In this document: positions 18,859-27,429 of the stretch, piece by piece
Layout: each line of letters opens with the position of its first letter
Numbering within the stretch: the first letter of the stretch is position 1
DNA from: Candidatus Coproplasma sp.
GTDB taxonomy: Bacteria > Bacillota > Clostridia > Christensenellales > Borkfalkiaceae
Assembly: GCA_051892535.1 (NCBI GenBank)
Contig: JBJFGI010000041.1
Location: 20,585 to 84,584 of the forward strand
Length of the DNA stretch: 64,000 nt
Direction: 5' to 3'
Made by a program: the position numbers and the translations under genes
The notes under the pieces: model-generated
Told to the model about the DNA's origin: nothing
Databases searched by the model: none
The model's input: only the letters and a program-made list of their open reading frames with translations

Positions 18859-19554
18859 TCAGATTTGTCTGGAGATATCCTTTTTAAGCTTGGCTATAAT
18901 CTTCTTTTCAAGCCTTGATATGTAGCTTTGGGAGATGCCTAAGCAATCGGCTACGTCCTTTTGAGTCATCTCCTCTCCGCCGTCCAGCCCGAAGCGCATA
19001 CGCATAATCTTCTGCTCCCTCGGGCTAAGGTTCTGAAGCGATTTTTTGAGCAATTCTCTCTCCACTCCGCCCTCTACTCTTGAATAGACGGCGTCGGCAT
19101 CGGTACCCATTACGTCGGATAAAAGCAGCTCGTTGCCCTCCCAATCGGTGTTTAACGGTTCGTCAAAGGACACCTCCTGCTTGGAGCGGGATATTCGCCT
19201 TAAATACATTAATATTTCGTTTTCAATGCAGCGTGAGGCGTAGGTGGCAAGCTTGATATTCTTGTCCGTTTTAAAGGAGTCAATTGCCTTGATAAGACCT
19301 ATCGTTCCGACCGACACGACGTCGTCGCCGTCCACCCCTGCACCCTCAAACTTTTTGGCTATGTAGACGACAAGGCGTAAATTGTGCTCCACGAGCTGAG
19401 CCTTCGCCTCCTCGTCGCCCTGCTCCATAAGGGTTAACTGACGTTTCTCCTCCTCGGCGGTAAGGGGCAGAGGCAACGCCTCCGTACCGCAGATGTAGTC
19501 TAAGGTGTTAAGACCCAAAATCGAACGGAAAAAGTTTTTAATTTTTTCAAACAT
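18859..19554 (-). CDS. sigE: Sporulation sigma factor E (pro-sigma-E)
   Basis: [12 protein letters not shown] pro-sequence junction, LIKAIDSF and [18 protein letters not shown]. It follows spoIIGA. Confidence 0.9.
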   Translation of the reverse strand: MFEKIKNFFRSILGLNTLDYICGTEALPLPLTAEEEKRQLTLMEQGDEEAKAQLVEHNLRLVVYIAKKFEGAGVDGDDVVSVGTIGLIKAIDSFKTDKNIKLATYASRCIENEILMYLRRISRSKQEVSFDEPLNTDWEGNELLLSDVMGTDADAVYSRVEGGVERELLKKSLQNLSPREQKIMRMRFGLDGGEEMTQKDVADCLGISQSYISRLEKKIIAKLKKDISRQI

Positions 19555-20339
19555 TAATCAACCTCCGAAAGGTCGGGGTGAAGCACGAATTTTGATATGT
19601 GCTTTGGCGATACCCCGATTAATACGTTGTTTATTGCCTTGATTTTTTTGCCGTCGTCAATCTCCATTTTGTCGGCGTAAAATACGGGAAGCTTCCCCTC
19701 CCCTGCAACAGTATGTATAGGTGCAAAGGTTTTTATGAGCGTGATATCGACAAGCTGAACTGCTATATGCCTCGGCGCAACACAGACGGGTACGCCGTTT
19801 AAATAGACCTTGTTTCCGCTGTCGTAAAAGGCGTTAGTTGCCACATACTTGCCACCCGAATAGATTTTACACCTCACCTCTATAACCTTTGTATTAACCC
19901 TCTTTGCCGATATCTTTTTGATTGCAATCGCCAGGCAGATTACCGCAAAAAAAGGAATGCCCACGGGGACTGAAGAGAGGATATAACCTCCGCCGTCAGT
20001 GTAGCTTATTCCCGTTAGGGTAAACACTGCAATGAGAGCTCCGCCGCTTAAAAAGGTTGCTAAGATGAACGCAAGGGCAAATTTTATATAGCCTTTAAAG
20101 CTTTGAAACCTGCCTGCAACGGCTGCGATTGCTAAACCTGAAAACACCTTGACGACGACCGTCAAGACATCTGAAAGGTTAAAGAGCGGAAAGCACACCG
20201 CAAACGTAGCTCCTATCGCCGAGGCGAAGGCTATGCGCAGATAACTTGCAGGGTTTTTAACCGCCACCTTTGCACAGGTTAATAGGGCAAAGTCCATACA
20301 AAAATTTTCTATCAAGGCAAACTCTATATAGATTTGCAT
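19554..20339 (-). CDS. spoIIGA: Sigma-E processing peptidase
   Basis: The N-terminal [20 protein letters not shown] resembles B. subtilis SpoIIGA. There are five TM segments and the aspartic protease motif YDSGN. Confidence 0.85.
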   Translation of the reverse strand: MQIYIEFALIENFCMDFALLTCAKVAVKNPASYLRIAFASAIGATFAVCFPLFNLSDVLTVVVKVFSGLAIAAVAGRFQSFKGYIKFALAFILATFLSGGALIAVFTLTGISYTDGGGYILSSVPVGIPFFAVICLAIAIKKISAKRVNTKVIEVRCKIYSGGKYVATNAFYDSGNKVYLNGVPVCVAPRHIAVQLVDITLIKTFAPIHTVAGEGKLPVFYADKMEIDDGKKIKAINNVLIGVSPKHISKFVLHPDLSEVD

Positions 20340-20456
20340 CGTGTAAGCATTATATATTCTGCGCCAGGTCGAAAAAGTAAACTTTACGTCGAATTAAGGT
20401 TTTTTATGGAAAAGCGGAAAGGTTGTTAAATGTAAGAATTTGTTTACCTCTCCCCC

Positions 20457-20485
20457 TTGATTTTTTTAACGTATGATGTTATAAT
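20457..20485 (+). promoter_or_regulatory. Sigma-A type promoter heading a leader of about 450 nt toward aspS
   Basis: TTGATT at 20457-20462, a 17-nt spacer, then TATAAT at 20480-20485. Confidence 0.55.
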
Positions 20486-20946
20486 ACTCTATGAGGTGAG
20501 GGAAAACCCCAAACCGTTAAAACTTAATAGAAAAAAATTTCTGCTGTGTGCGTGATATGATTGATGCTTAATCCACTAAGTTATTTAAGGGAGCGGTAGT
20601 TTGCAGGAATAGGCAAGGTCTGAAACAGAATTCGGAAAGTCCGACTTTCTCTGCTCCTCCGCACCCACCTGCGAGATGCGGGTTAATACTTTTTCATACA
20701 CGGCATAAGCGGATTTTTTTATTTTGCAAATTATCTATTTGCGATTTTATTTAGTTGATTTTTAGGCTGTATTGCCGTAAAATTATATCTATATTAATAC
20801 GGTAAGCGTTTTAGCTTCTCTCTTGTGGGAGAGTAAGGCGAGAACCGACGGCGGGAGCGTACTCTTGTGAGTACGTTACCGGAGCGTAGTCTGACACAGC
20901 AAAAGCGATGTTTATCGCACAAGAATATTTAAAAGAGGTAAAGTTT

Positions 20947-22278
20947 ATGGAAGAGATGACAGGCGTATTGCCTAACTACACCACTCCCTACTCCGAGTTT
21001 TCAAAGCATGTAGGCGAAGTGGTTACTATCAAGGGCGCAGTGCATAACATTAGGGATATGTCCGACTTTGCGTTCATAATCATAAGAACTGCAAGGGAGA
21101 CCATTCAGTGCGTCTATTCACCCGAATTCTCCGACTACCGCAAGGACGACAAGCTTGTCGAGCAGTGTTCGGTTAAAGTTACAGGCAAGGTAGTTAAAAG
21201 CGAAACCCGTGACGGCAGCGAGAGATACGAGTTGCAGATTCACAATATCGAAATTCTCTCCACCCCTGCCGCTATTCCCCCCGTCGTCATCTCCAAAAAG
21301 CAGATCAATGCCGATTTGAGCGTTAACCTCGACTACCGCCCCGTTACTTTAAGAAACCCCAAGGAGAGGGCTATCTTTAAAATTCAGGAGGGTATTCAGA
21401 GGGGCTTCAGAGAGTATCTGACAATGCAGGGCTTTACCGAAGTACACACCCCCAAGATTAACTTTGCAGGTGCAGAGGGCGGAACAAACGTGTTCAAGCT
21501 GGACTACTTCGGCAAGCAGGTCTACCTTGCTCAGAGCCCTCAGCTGTACAAGCAGGCGTTGGTGCCTGTTTACGAGAGAGTATTTGAGATTGCACCCGTA
21601 TTCAGGGCTGAACATCACGACACCTCCCGCCACCTCAACGAGTACATTTCAATGGACTTCGAGATGGGCTTTATAGACAGCTTTACCGACATAATGAATA
21701 TGGAGACGGGCGTTTTAAAGTACATTATGGAGTTATTAAAGAAGGAATACGCAAACGAGATCGACCTGTTGAAGTGTGAAATTCCTGAAATTACCACCAT
21801 TCCCTGCATCCGCTTTAAGGACGCTAAGGAATTGTGCGTAAAGAAGCTTAAAAATATTACCGATATGAAGGACTTCGAGCCCGAAGAAGAGGCGTTCCTC
21901 GGCAAGTGGGCAAAACAGCAGTATAACTCCGACTTCTTATTCGTCACCCACTACCTCTCCAAAAAGCGTCCCTTCTATACTATGGACGACCCCGAGGACC
22001 CCGAAGTTACCCTCTCTTTCGACCTTTTGTTCAGGGGCATAGAGATTACCAGCGGCGGTCAGCGTGTACACGACTACAACATGCAGGTTGAGAAGATGAA
22101 AAAGCTCGGCATGAACCCCGAGGAGTTCGAAACCTACCTTATGCTTCATAAGTACGGCGCACCCCCTCACGGCGGTCTGGGTCTGGGACTTGAAAGGCTT
22201 ACGATGCACTTACTTGGATTCAAGAACGTGCGTAATGCCGCTATGTTCCCCAGAGATATCAACAGAGTTACTCCTTAA
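20947..22278 (+). CDS. aspS: Aspartate--tRNA ligase, archaeal/eukaryal type (possibly non-discriminating)
   Basis: Class IIb motifs FRAEHHDTSRHLNEYISMDFEM and GAPPHGGLGLGLERL, ending in FPRDINRVTP. I prefer the ATG at 20947, which has an AGAGG SD 8 nt upstream, over the track start at 20908. Confidence 0.8.
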   Translation: MEEMTGVLPNYTTPYSEFSKHVGEVVTIKGAVHNIRDMSDFAFIIIRTARETIQCVYSPEFSDYRKDDKLVEQCSVKVTGKVVKSETRDGSERYELQIHNIEILSTPAAIPPVVISKKQINADLSVNLDYRPVTLRNPKERAIFKIQEGIQRGFREYLTMQGFTEVHTPKINFAGAEGGTNVFKLDYFGKQVYLAQSPQLYKQALVPVYERVFEIAPVFRAEHHDTSRHLNEYISMDFEMGFIDSFTDIMNMETGVLKYIMELLKKEYANEIDLLKCEIPEITTIPCIRFKDAKELCVKKLKNITDMKDFEPEEEAFLGKWAKQQYNSDFLFVTHYLSKKRPFYTMDDPEDPEVTLSFDLLFRGIEITSGGQRVHDYNMQVEKMKKLGMNPEEFETYLMLHKYGAPPHGGLGLGLERLTMHLLGFKNVRNAAMFPRDINRVTP

Positions 22279-22294
22279 ACTTAAAATTAATTTC

Positions 22295-22326
22295 GGCGGT
22301 ACTGAAAAAGTACCGCCTCTTGTTTT
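22295..22326 (+). terminator. Rho-independent terminator of aspS
   Basis: ggcggtac-tgaaaaa-gtaccgcc followed by tcttgtttt. Confidence 0.75.
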
Positions 22327-22330
22327 GGGT

Positions 22331-22409
22331 GATGATAAGCGCCGTCCGCAATTACTTGTTGCGTCTGGTAGATGATAAGCGCCGTCCGCAAGAATTTGCG
22401 GACGGCGCT
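22331..22409. repeat. Terminator-like hairpin preceded by an exact 21-nt duplicate of its left arm
   Basis: gatgataagcgccgtccgcaa occurs at 22331-22351 and again at 22371-22391. Only the second copy is completed by ttgcggacggcgct, giving the hairpin at 22378-22409. Confidence 0.85.
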
Positions 22410-22430
22410 TTGCCATTAACTTTTTTAATT

Positions 22431-23147
22431 TTAAAACTCCTTGGGTTTTTCCTTGTATATTACAAAGAGTACCGAGCCGACTGCCGCACCGACGGCTAAC
22501 ACTGCGCAGATAACGACGGCAAGCCAGGGCAGGGGCAGAGTTTCAAACAGCTCGTAAATTTCCGCACGGAGAACCACTCCTTCTGCGCCCGTCTGTACAA
22601 GGTTTGCCAAAAGCACGTTTCCGCCAAAATATACGGCAAGATACGCCGCCACGGCGATTATAAAATTCTTTGTCTTTTCTATACGGGCAATTGCAGACAG
22701 CACTGCAAACATTAAAACCGACTTAAAGAAAGAAAACAGGTATGCGTTTGCGGAGAGGTTTGCGATGGCTTCGGTTTTTTCTGCAACAAAGATACTTTCG
22801 CCTGTAGCTATAAATGCAATCGCACCAAATATTCCGAAAATAATGAGTATCCCAACCCAAAAAATTAATAAACCTAACAGAGTAAAAATTACGATATCCA
22901 GATAATAATATACCACTCTTTTTTTGTAGCTTATCGGCACAACCCTAAAAAGCGTAGTTTTACCGCAAAAGGCAGACGATATTGCAATAGAGCCTATGCC
23001 AAACACCAGCCCTAATCCTTCAAAAACAGGTACGGTTCCTTCCGTAAGAGTAAGCATAATCAAAAATAGAATGAATACAGCCGATAATTTAGAAAAGCCA
23101 AGCGAATTAGACATTGAACTATTTGTAAGAGAGAAAAACTTTTTCAT
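22431..23147 (-). CDS. Membrane permease component of a YtrA-type ABC module
   Basis: About six TM helices, with no recognisable motifs. It overlaps the 3' end of the ATPase gene. The start is set at the ATG at 23147, which has a GGGGG SD. Confidence 0.55.
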   Translation of the reverse strand: MKKFFSLTNSSMSNSLGFSKLSAVFILFLIMLTLTEGTVPVFEGLGLVFGIGSIAISSAFCGKTTLFRVVPISYKKRVVYYYLDIVIFTLLGLLIFWVGILIIFGIFGAIAFIATGESIFVAEKTEAIANLSANAYLFSFFKSVLMFAVLSAIARIEKTKNFIIAVAAYLAVYFGGNVLLANLVQTGAEGVVLRAEIYELFETLPLPWLAVVICAVLAVGAAVGSVLFVIYKEKPKEF

Positions 23148-23160
23148 ATTGTACCCCCTT

Positions 23161-24060
23161 TTAAATACCGAATATATCTTTACTGTCTGCATTATCTTCC
23201 GACAATGCGTTGTAGGGATTGGTCTTGTCGTAGGTCAAATGTACGAACAGCTCTTCAATAGTTGGAATTTTGCTCTTTATATTCTCACCCGAAAGTGAGG
23301 TATCGGTTGTTATAAAGGTATAGCCGAACATACTCTTTTTAACGCCTATAGCACAATTTTGCATCTCTTCGGTGAGCTCGTCGGTCTGCACAAGGCGGTA
23401 CCTTTCGGCAAGCGTTTCCTTGTCCTCGTTCAGCGTTACTTTGCCGCCGTCCATCATTACTATGTAGTCGGCAATCTTGTCTAAATCTTCGGTGATATGG
23501 GTGGAGAATAACACCGTCTTGCTCTCGTCGAGCATAAACTCCTGAATAAGCGACACCACCTCTCCCCTGTCGAACGGGTCTATTCCCGAAGTGGGTTCGT
23601 CCAAAATGAGAATATCCGCACCCTGACACAGGGCTAAGATAAGGCAGTATTTGCGCTGCATACCCAAAGAATATTTGGTTATTTTTTTGTCGGAGGGCAG
23701 ATTGAACTTTTCCATAAGTTCGTTGTACCTCTGCAAGTCGAACGACGGGTAATAGCTCTGATATATTTTAACCAGCTTTTTGGGCTTGACAAAAGTATTG
23801 AAATGGGGACTATCGAACACACAGGCAATTTGGGAGAGTATCTCCACCTCGTTTTCGGCAAAGCTCTTACCGTTATATAAAATCTTTCCGCCCGAAGCGT
23901 TGTACTGACGCATTATCGTCTTTATAAGCGTCGTTTTGCCTGCGCCGTTCTTGCCGATAAGCCCCGTTATTGCGCCCTGCTTAATTTCAAGGTTAATATC
24001 GTCGAGCTTGAAGCCGCCAAGGTCTACCGTTAAATTTTTGATTTCAAGACCGTTACTCAT
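23161..24060 (-). CDS. ABC transporter ATP-binding protein
   Basis: Walker A GKNGAGKTT, signature YSLGMQRK and Walker B ILILDEPTSG. Confidence 0.9.
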   Translation of the reverse strand: MSNGLEIKNLTVDLGGFKLDDINLEIKQGAITGLIGKNGAGKTTLIKTIMRQYNASGGKILYNGKSFAENEVEILSQIACVFDSPHFNTFVKPKKLVKIYQSYYPSFDLQRYNELMEKFNLPSDKKITKYSLGMQRKYCLILALCQGADILILDEPTSGIDPFDRGEVVSLIQEFMLDESKTVLFSTHITEDLDKIADYIVMMDGGKVTLNEDKETLAERYRLVQTDELTEEMQNCAIGVKKSMFGYTFITTDTSLSGENIKSKIPTIEELFVHLTYDKTNPYNALSEDNADSKDIFGI

Positions 24061-24434
24061 AAGTTTTCCTCGCTACACACTTTTTCAACTATTTCGGTGA
24101 ATTTTTCCTTGGGTAGGTTATTGAGCTTTGCCGCCTGCACCGCAAGCCGCAACTGCTTTTCAATTTCAAGGTAGGAGATTTTGTCTATTTTCTCCCTTGT
24201 GAGATTGGCGACAAATACGCCCTTTCCCTGCACTGAGTAGGTAAAGCCCTCCGCCGCAAGGTCGTCGTAGGCACGTTTTGCCGTGATTATCCCCACCTGT
24301 AACTCCTTTGCCAGCATACGTATCGAGGGCAACATCTCGTTGGGAGCCAGACTGCCGTTTAATATCTGTTCCTTTATCTGCCCCTTTATCTGTTCGTAAA
24401 TGGGACCTTTTTCCAAGTCTAAAAGAATGTGCAT
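24057..24434 (-). CDS. GntR-family (YtrA subfamily) transcriptional regulator
   Basis: PIYEQIKGQIKEQILNG....LPSIRMLAKELQVGIITAKRAYDDL is a winged HTH with a short C-terminal part. The start is set at the ATG at 24434. Confidence 0.85.
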   Translation of the reverse strand: MHILLDLEKGPIYEQIKGQIKEQILNGSLAPNEMLPSIRMLAKELQVGIITAKRAYDDLAAEGFTYSVQGKGVFVANLTREKIDKISYLEIEKQLRLAVQAAKLNNLPKEKFTEIVEKVCSEENL

Positions 24435-24466
24435 ACTTTCACCGATTATCAAGTGTTTCTACTGTT

Positions 24467-24494
24467 ATTATACAATAGATACAGTTATTGTCAA
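24467..24494 (-). promoter_or_regulatory. Sigma-A type promoter of the GntR-ABC operon
   Basis: On the minus strand, TTGACA at 24494-24489, a 16-nt spacer, then TGTATAAT with the hexamer at 24472-24467. The direct repeat ACACTTGA(C/T)AAT flanks it and is a candidate operator. Confidence 0.55.
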
Positions 24495-24520
24495 GTGTTT
24501 TATATATATTTTTTAACTTT

Positions 24521-24595
24521 GTTGACAAAACCGCCGTCCGAATGTGTTTCGGAGTTGACAAAACCGCCGTCCGAATGTGTTTCGGACGGCGGTTT
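24521..24595. repeat. Terminator-like hairpin preceded by a tandem 33-nt duplicate of its left arm
   Basis: gttgacaaaaccgccgtccgaatgtgtttcgga occurs at 24521-24553 and at 24554-24586. Only the second copy is completed by cggcggttt, giving the hairpin at 24560-24595. Confidence 0.85.
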
Positions 24596-24608
24596 GAATT
24601 AAGCTTAT

Positions 24609-25232
24609 TTATCTTATAAAGTTGGTCTTAACCTTATTTATGATTACGGGTTTTTCAAGGTCGGTACCCTTTGCAGAGTCGAGCAGTTTTAAAAGCCATA
24701 CCATATTGGAGGCGATTGCCCTCATAATTGTTATGCCCTCCTCGTCCTTTGCCGCATCGGCGGCGTTTGCGCCGAAGGTCATATTCCAATAGGTTGAGGG
24801 AACCTGAAGCATTGAGTTAATCTGTATGTACTTGTTTAATACGTCGTAGGAAGCAGACGTGCCTGCCCTACGTGCCGCAACTACGCTTGCGGCGGGCTTG
24901 AACTTCATATACTTGCCGTATGCGTAGAACAGTCTGTCTAAAGTTGCCACCATTGCGCCAGAGGGCGAAGCATAGTGAACGGGTGAGGCGAAGATATAGC
25001 CGTCAGCCTCCTTGACCTTTTGACCGATTGCATTTACGGGGTCGTCGTCGAATACACACTTACCCGTCTTCTGGCAGCTTAAGCAGCCCATGCAGCTGTG
25101 CACGGCGGCGGTGCCTAAACATACCACTTCGCTGTCTACACCCTGCGCCTTTAACTCGTTTACTATCGTATCCAAAGCGAAACTCGTCGTTCCGTCCTTG
25201 TGCGTACTGCCGTTAATCAATAATACTTTCAT
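24609..25232 (-). CDS. Flavodoxin-fold NAD(P)H-dependent FMN reductase-like protein (iron-sulfur flavoprotein-like)
   Basis: MKVLLINGSTHKDGTT together with the Cys cluster CMGCLSCQKTGKC. Confidence 0.65.
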   Translation of the reverse strand: MKVLLINGSTHKDGTTSFALDTIVNELKAQGVDSEVVCLGTAAVHSCMGCLSCQKTGKCVFDDDPVNAIGQKVKEADGYIFASPVHYASPSGAMVATLDRLFYAYGKYMKFKPAASVVAARRAGTSASYDVLNKYIQINSMLQVPSTYWNMTFGANAADAAKDEEGITIMRAIASNMVWLLKLLDSAKGTDLEKPVIINKVKTNFIR

Positions 25233-25234
25233 TG

Positions 25235-25915
25235 TTATAACTCCTTAATCTTTGCCTCGATGAGTGGCATATACTTCAGCTCGTAGCCCAAAGCGTTGGG
25301 GTGGGTACAGTCCCCCCTGCCCCAGCCGTAGCTGTCGAACGTGAACAAATCTCTGTGACTTTCCAAAAAGGTGTTCATACCGCTTTCGGAATAGATATCG
25401 ACGTAGGCAACGCCCCATTTTCTGCAAAGGGTCAATGCCCTTTCGCCGTACAGCTTCTGCAATTTGTCGTCCCTCCTGCCCATATTGTGGGGGCGGAAGA
25501 AGAGAATTTTTGCCTTGGGGAAGGTGGTCATAAAGGTGTAAAGAAGGGTTTCAAAACAGTAACTGAAGGTGTCCTCCTTTGTTACCTTATCGATATCAAA
25601 ACCCGAATACCCCTCTGATATTTCGCCTAAAGGAACGTCGGATCCCGTCGCTCCGTCGGAGATATTGCAGTCGTTGGTAAAGCCGTTAAACACGATATAG
25701 TCGGGGGTTATTCCCTCTGCTATTGCCTTTTTAACCTGCTCTATAACCCAGCTCTTGCCCTGCTTATATCCTACCCTTGCGCCGCCGACGGTGTACTTTT
25801 TAAGCTGAAAACCCAAATCCTTCTGAAGGTATTCCCCCACGCCGAACTCGTTGTTCCCCGAACCGTTGGCTATGCTGTCGCCGAAAATTGCAAGTAATTT
25901 ATCCGAATAATCCAT
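25235..25915 (-). CDS. SGNH/GDSL-family hydrolase
   Basis: Block I FGDSIANGSG, and block V-like DCTHPN near the C-terminus. Confidence 0.75.
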   Translation of the reverse strand: MDYSDKLLAIFGDSIANGSGNNEFGVGEYLQKDLGFQLKKYTVGGARVGYKQGKSWVIEQVKKAIAEGITPDYIVFNGFTNDCNISDGATGSDVPLGEISEGYSGFDIDKVTKEDTFSYCFETLLYTFMTTFPKAKILFFRPHNMGRRDDKLQKLYGERALTLCRKWGVAYVDIYSESGMNTFLESHRDLFTFDSYGWGRGDCTHPNALGYELKYMPLIEAKIKEL

Positions 25916-25920
25916 CTTAG

Positions 25921-26625
25921 TTACGCTTTTCTGTATAAAAATCTGTGGCAGTTTTCACACTCTACTATGCTGCCGCCTGCCGTTTTATCCTTGTCTGCAA
26001 TGGAGAGCTCTATTCCGCATTTAGAGCACCTGTCGTTCCTTATCTCACAGATGATGGGGAAGATACGCTCCGAACGTTTGACCTGATATTTGCGTAATAC
26101 TTCGGGGTCAATAGAAGCAGCAAGCGAAGCAAGCTCTGCAGAAATGGCGTCCATTGCAACCTGCTTTGTCTTTTTAACCGCCTTGTATGCAGCATCGATT
26201 TCGGGAATTTGCTTTTGGGTAGCAATGACCTTTTTCTTCAATGCCTGATACTCTTCCGTCGTCTCTTTAGCCGCTGCAATCAAGGCGTTAATCTCTGCCC
26301 TGAGGGTCTTTAATTTTTCTGCAATCTTCGATGCGTTGCGCTGGTAGAAGGAAACGTCTGCACCATCTTCGACGAGTTCGTCAAGATGCTCAAAGTCCTT
26401 TAAAGTTTCTGCAATCTCGTTATAGTTCTGTTCAAGCGCTTCAAGGCGGGTTAAAAGGCTGTTGCTCTTTGCGTCAAGCTGATCCAACCTCTCCGACGCC
26501 TTTTTCATAAAGCTCTGCGTCTGCACAAACTTCTTACGCTCTTCCGAGGCCGAAACCTCCTGTTCAAGCTTTAAAAGCTCGGAATCCTTTTCCTGATAGA
26601 GCAAAAGCTGTGATATTTGTGACAT
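25921..26625 (-). CDS. Coiled-coil protein with a C-terminal C4 zinc ribbon (COG1579-like)
   Basis: A long heptad-rich region followed by CSKCGIEL...CENCHRFL. It lies next to the nif3-like gene, which is usual for this family. Confidence 0.6.
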   Translation of the reverse strand: MSQISQLLLYQEKDSELLKLEQEVSASEERKKFVQTQSFMKKASERLDQLDAKSNSLLTRLEALEQNYNEIAETLKDFEHLDELVEDGADVSFYQRNASKIAEKLKTLRAEINALIAAAKETTEEYQALKKKVIATQKQIPEIDAAYKAVKKTKQVAMDAISAELASLAASIDPEVLRKYQVKRSERIFPIICEIRNDRCSKCGIELSIADKDKTAGGSIVECENCHRFLYRKA

Positions 26626-26640
26626 ATATATTTCCTCCCG

Positions 26641-27429
26641 TTATGCATACCTCTCGTCGAAAAAGTAGGACGAAGGTACTTTTATGCTTTCTTTTATATT
26701 TTCGTAAATGCGGTTAAAACCGTAGTTTTCCGCACAGTAATGGGTGAGGTGCAACACACCTACTCCCCTTTCAATAAGTTCGAATATTTCGTGATGCTTC
26801 AGATCGGAAGAGACGAAGACGTCACACCCGTTGTCTAAGCTGAAGTGCAGATTAGTATCGTCAAACCCGGCACCGCAGAAGGATGCAACTTTGCAGATTG
26901 TTGCGTTTTCGTCTCCGTAATAAACCGCCCTGTGCGTTTTAAACGTGGTTGCAACCCTCTCTAAAAATTCTTTGACCGTTACGGGCTCCACCTCGTAAAC
27001 CCTGCCGTAGCCGCCGCCCGACACAGTGGCGCAGACCTTGCAGTCTCTTCCGCCCAGCCCACACATTAAATGATAGTCTATACCTTGGGGGGCAGCGTCG
27101 AAATTGAGGTGCATCGAGATGACCGAAATACCGTTTTTTATGCACTTTTCGATTGCGACCGACTTGGGATCGCCCGTTACGTCTATGCGGTTGATTGCGC
27201 TATATATTGCAGGGTGATGGGTGACTATAAGGTTATACCCCTTTTCTATTGCCCTGTCTACCGCCTCTGCAGAGAAGTCGAGCGAGAACAGCGCACCCGT
27301 AACCTCGTTATTGCAATTTATAATTATTCCGCTGTTGTCGTACATCTTGTACTTTGCACAGAACTCGTCCGACAACGCAACGGGGGCTATACGCTCTTCT
27401 AAAATATGTAAAACTTCCTCAACCGTCAT
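26641..27429 (-). CDS. Nif3-like dinuclear metal centre protein
   Basis: LIVTHHP and HLTHYCAE motifs, 262 aa, in the conserved trmK-nif3 context. Confidence 0.8.
   Translation of the reverse strand: MTVEEVLHILEERIAPVALSDEFCAKYKMYDNSGIIINCNNEVTGALFSLDFSAEAVDRAIEKGYNLIVTHHPAIYSAINRIDVTGDPKSVAIEKCIKNGISVISMHLNFDAAPQGIDYHLMCGLGGRDCKVCATVSGGGYGRVYEVEPVTVKEFLERVATTFKTHRAVYYGDENATICKVASFCGAGFDDTNLHFSLDNGCDVFVSSDLKHHEIFELIERGVGVLHLTHYCAENYGFNRIYENIKESIKVPSSYFFDERYA

Noticed and set aside
20620-20655. RNase P RNA, suggested by the motifs ACAGAAUUCGG and GGAAAGUCCG
   Set aside because: The two motifs are adjacent and in the wrong order for the P4 helix. The flanking sequence does not match the P1-P3 or specificity-domain elements of type A or type B RNase P RNA.
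20486-20946. T-box riboswitch upstream of aspS
   Set aside because: There is no T-box consensus (GGGUGGUACCGCG-like) on the plus strand and no recognisable specifier loop or antiterminator/terminator pair next to the start codon. An isolated CCGTTA (F-box-like) hexamer near 20524 is not sufficient.
20908-20946. N-terminal extensions proposed by the ORF track (aspS from 20908, and similarly 2191, 3585, 7042, 16205, 23192, 24452, 33745, 49555 and 61343)
   Set aside because: In each case an internal ATG is preceded by a good SD at 5-9 nt and matches the usual family N-terminus. The upstream codons overlap promoters, repeats or the preceding gene.
24521-24595. Mini CRISPR array, suggested by direct repeats of 33 nt (and of 21 nt at 22331-22391)
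   Set aside because: There are only two repeat units, either directly abutting or separated by 19 nt, with no spacer series and no cas genes. The repeats are halves of terminator-like hairpins.
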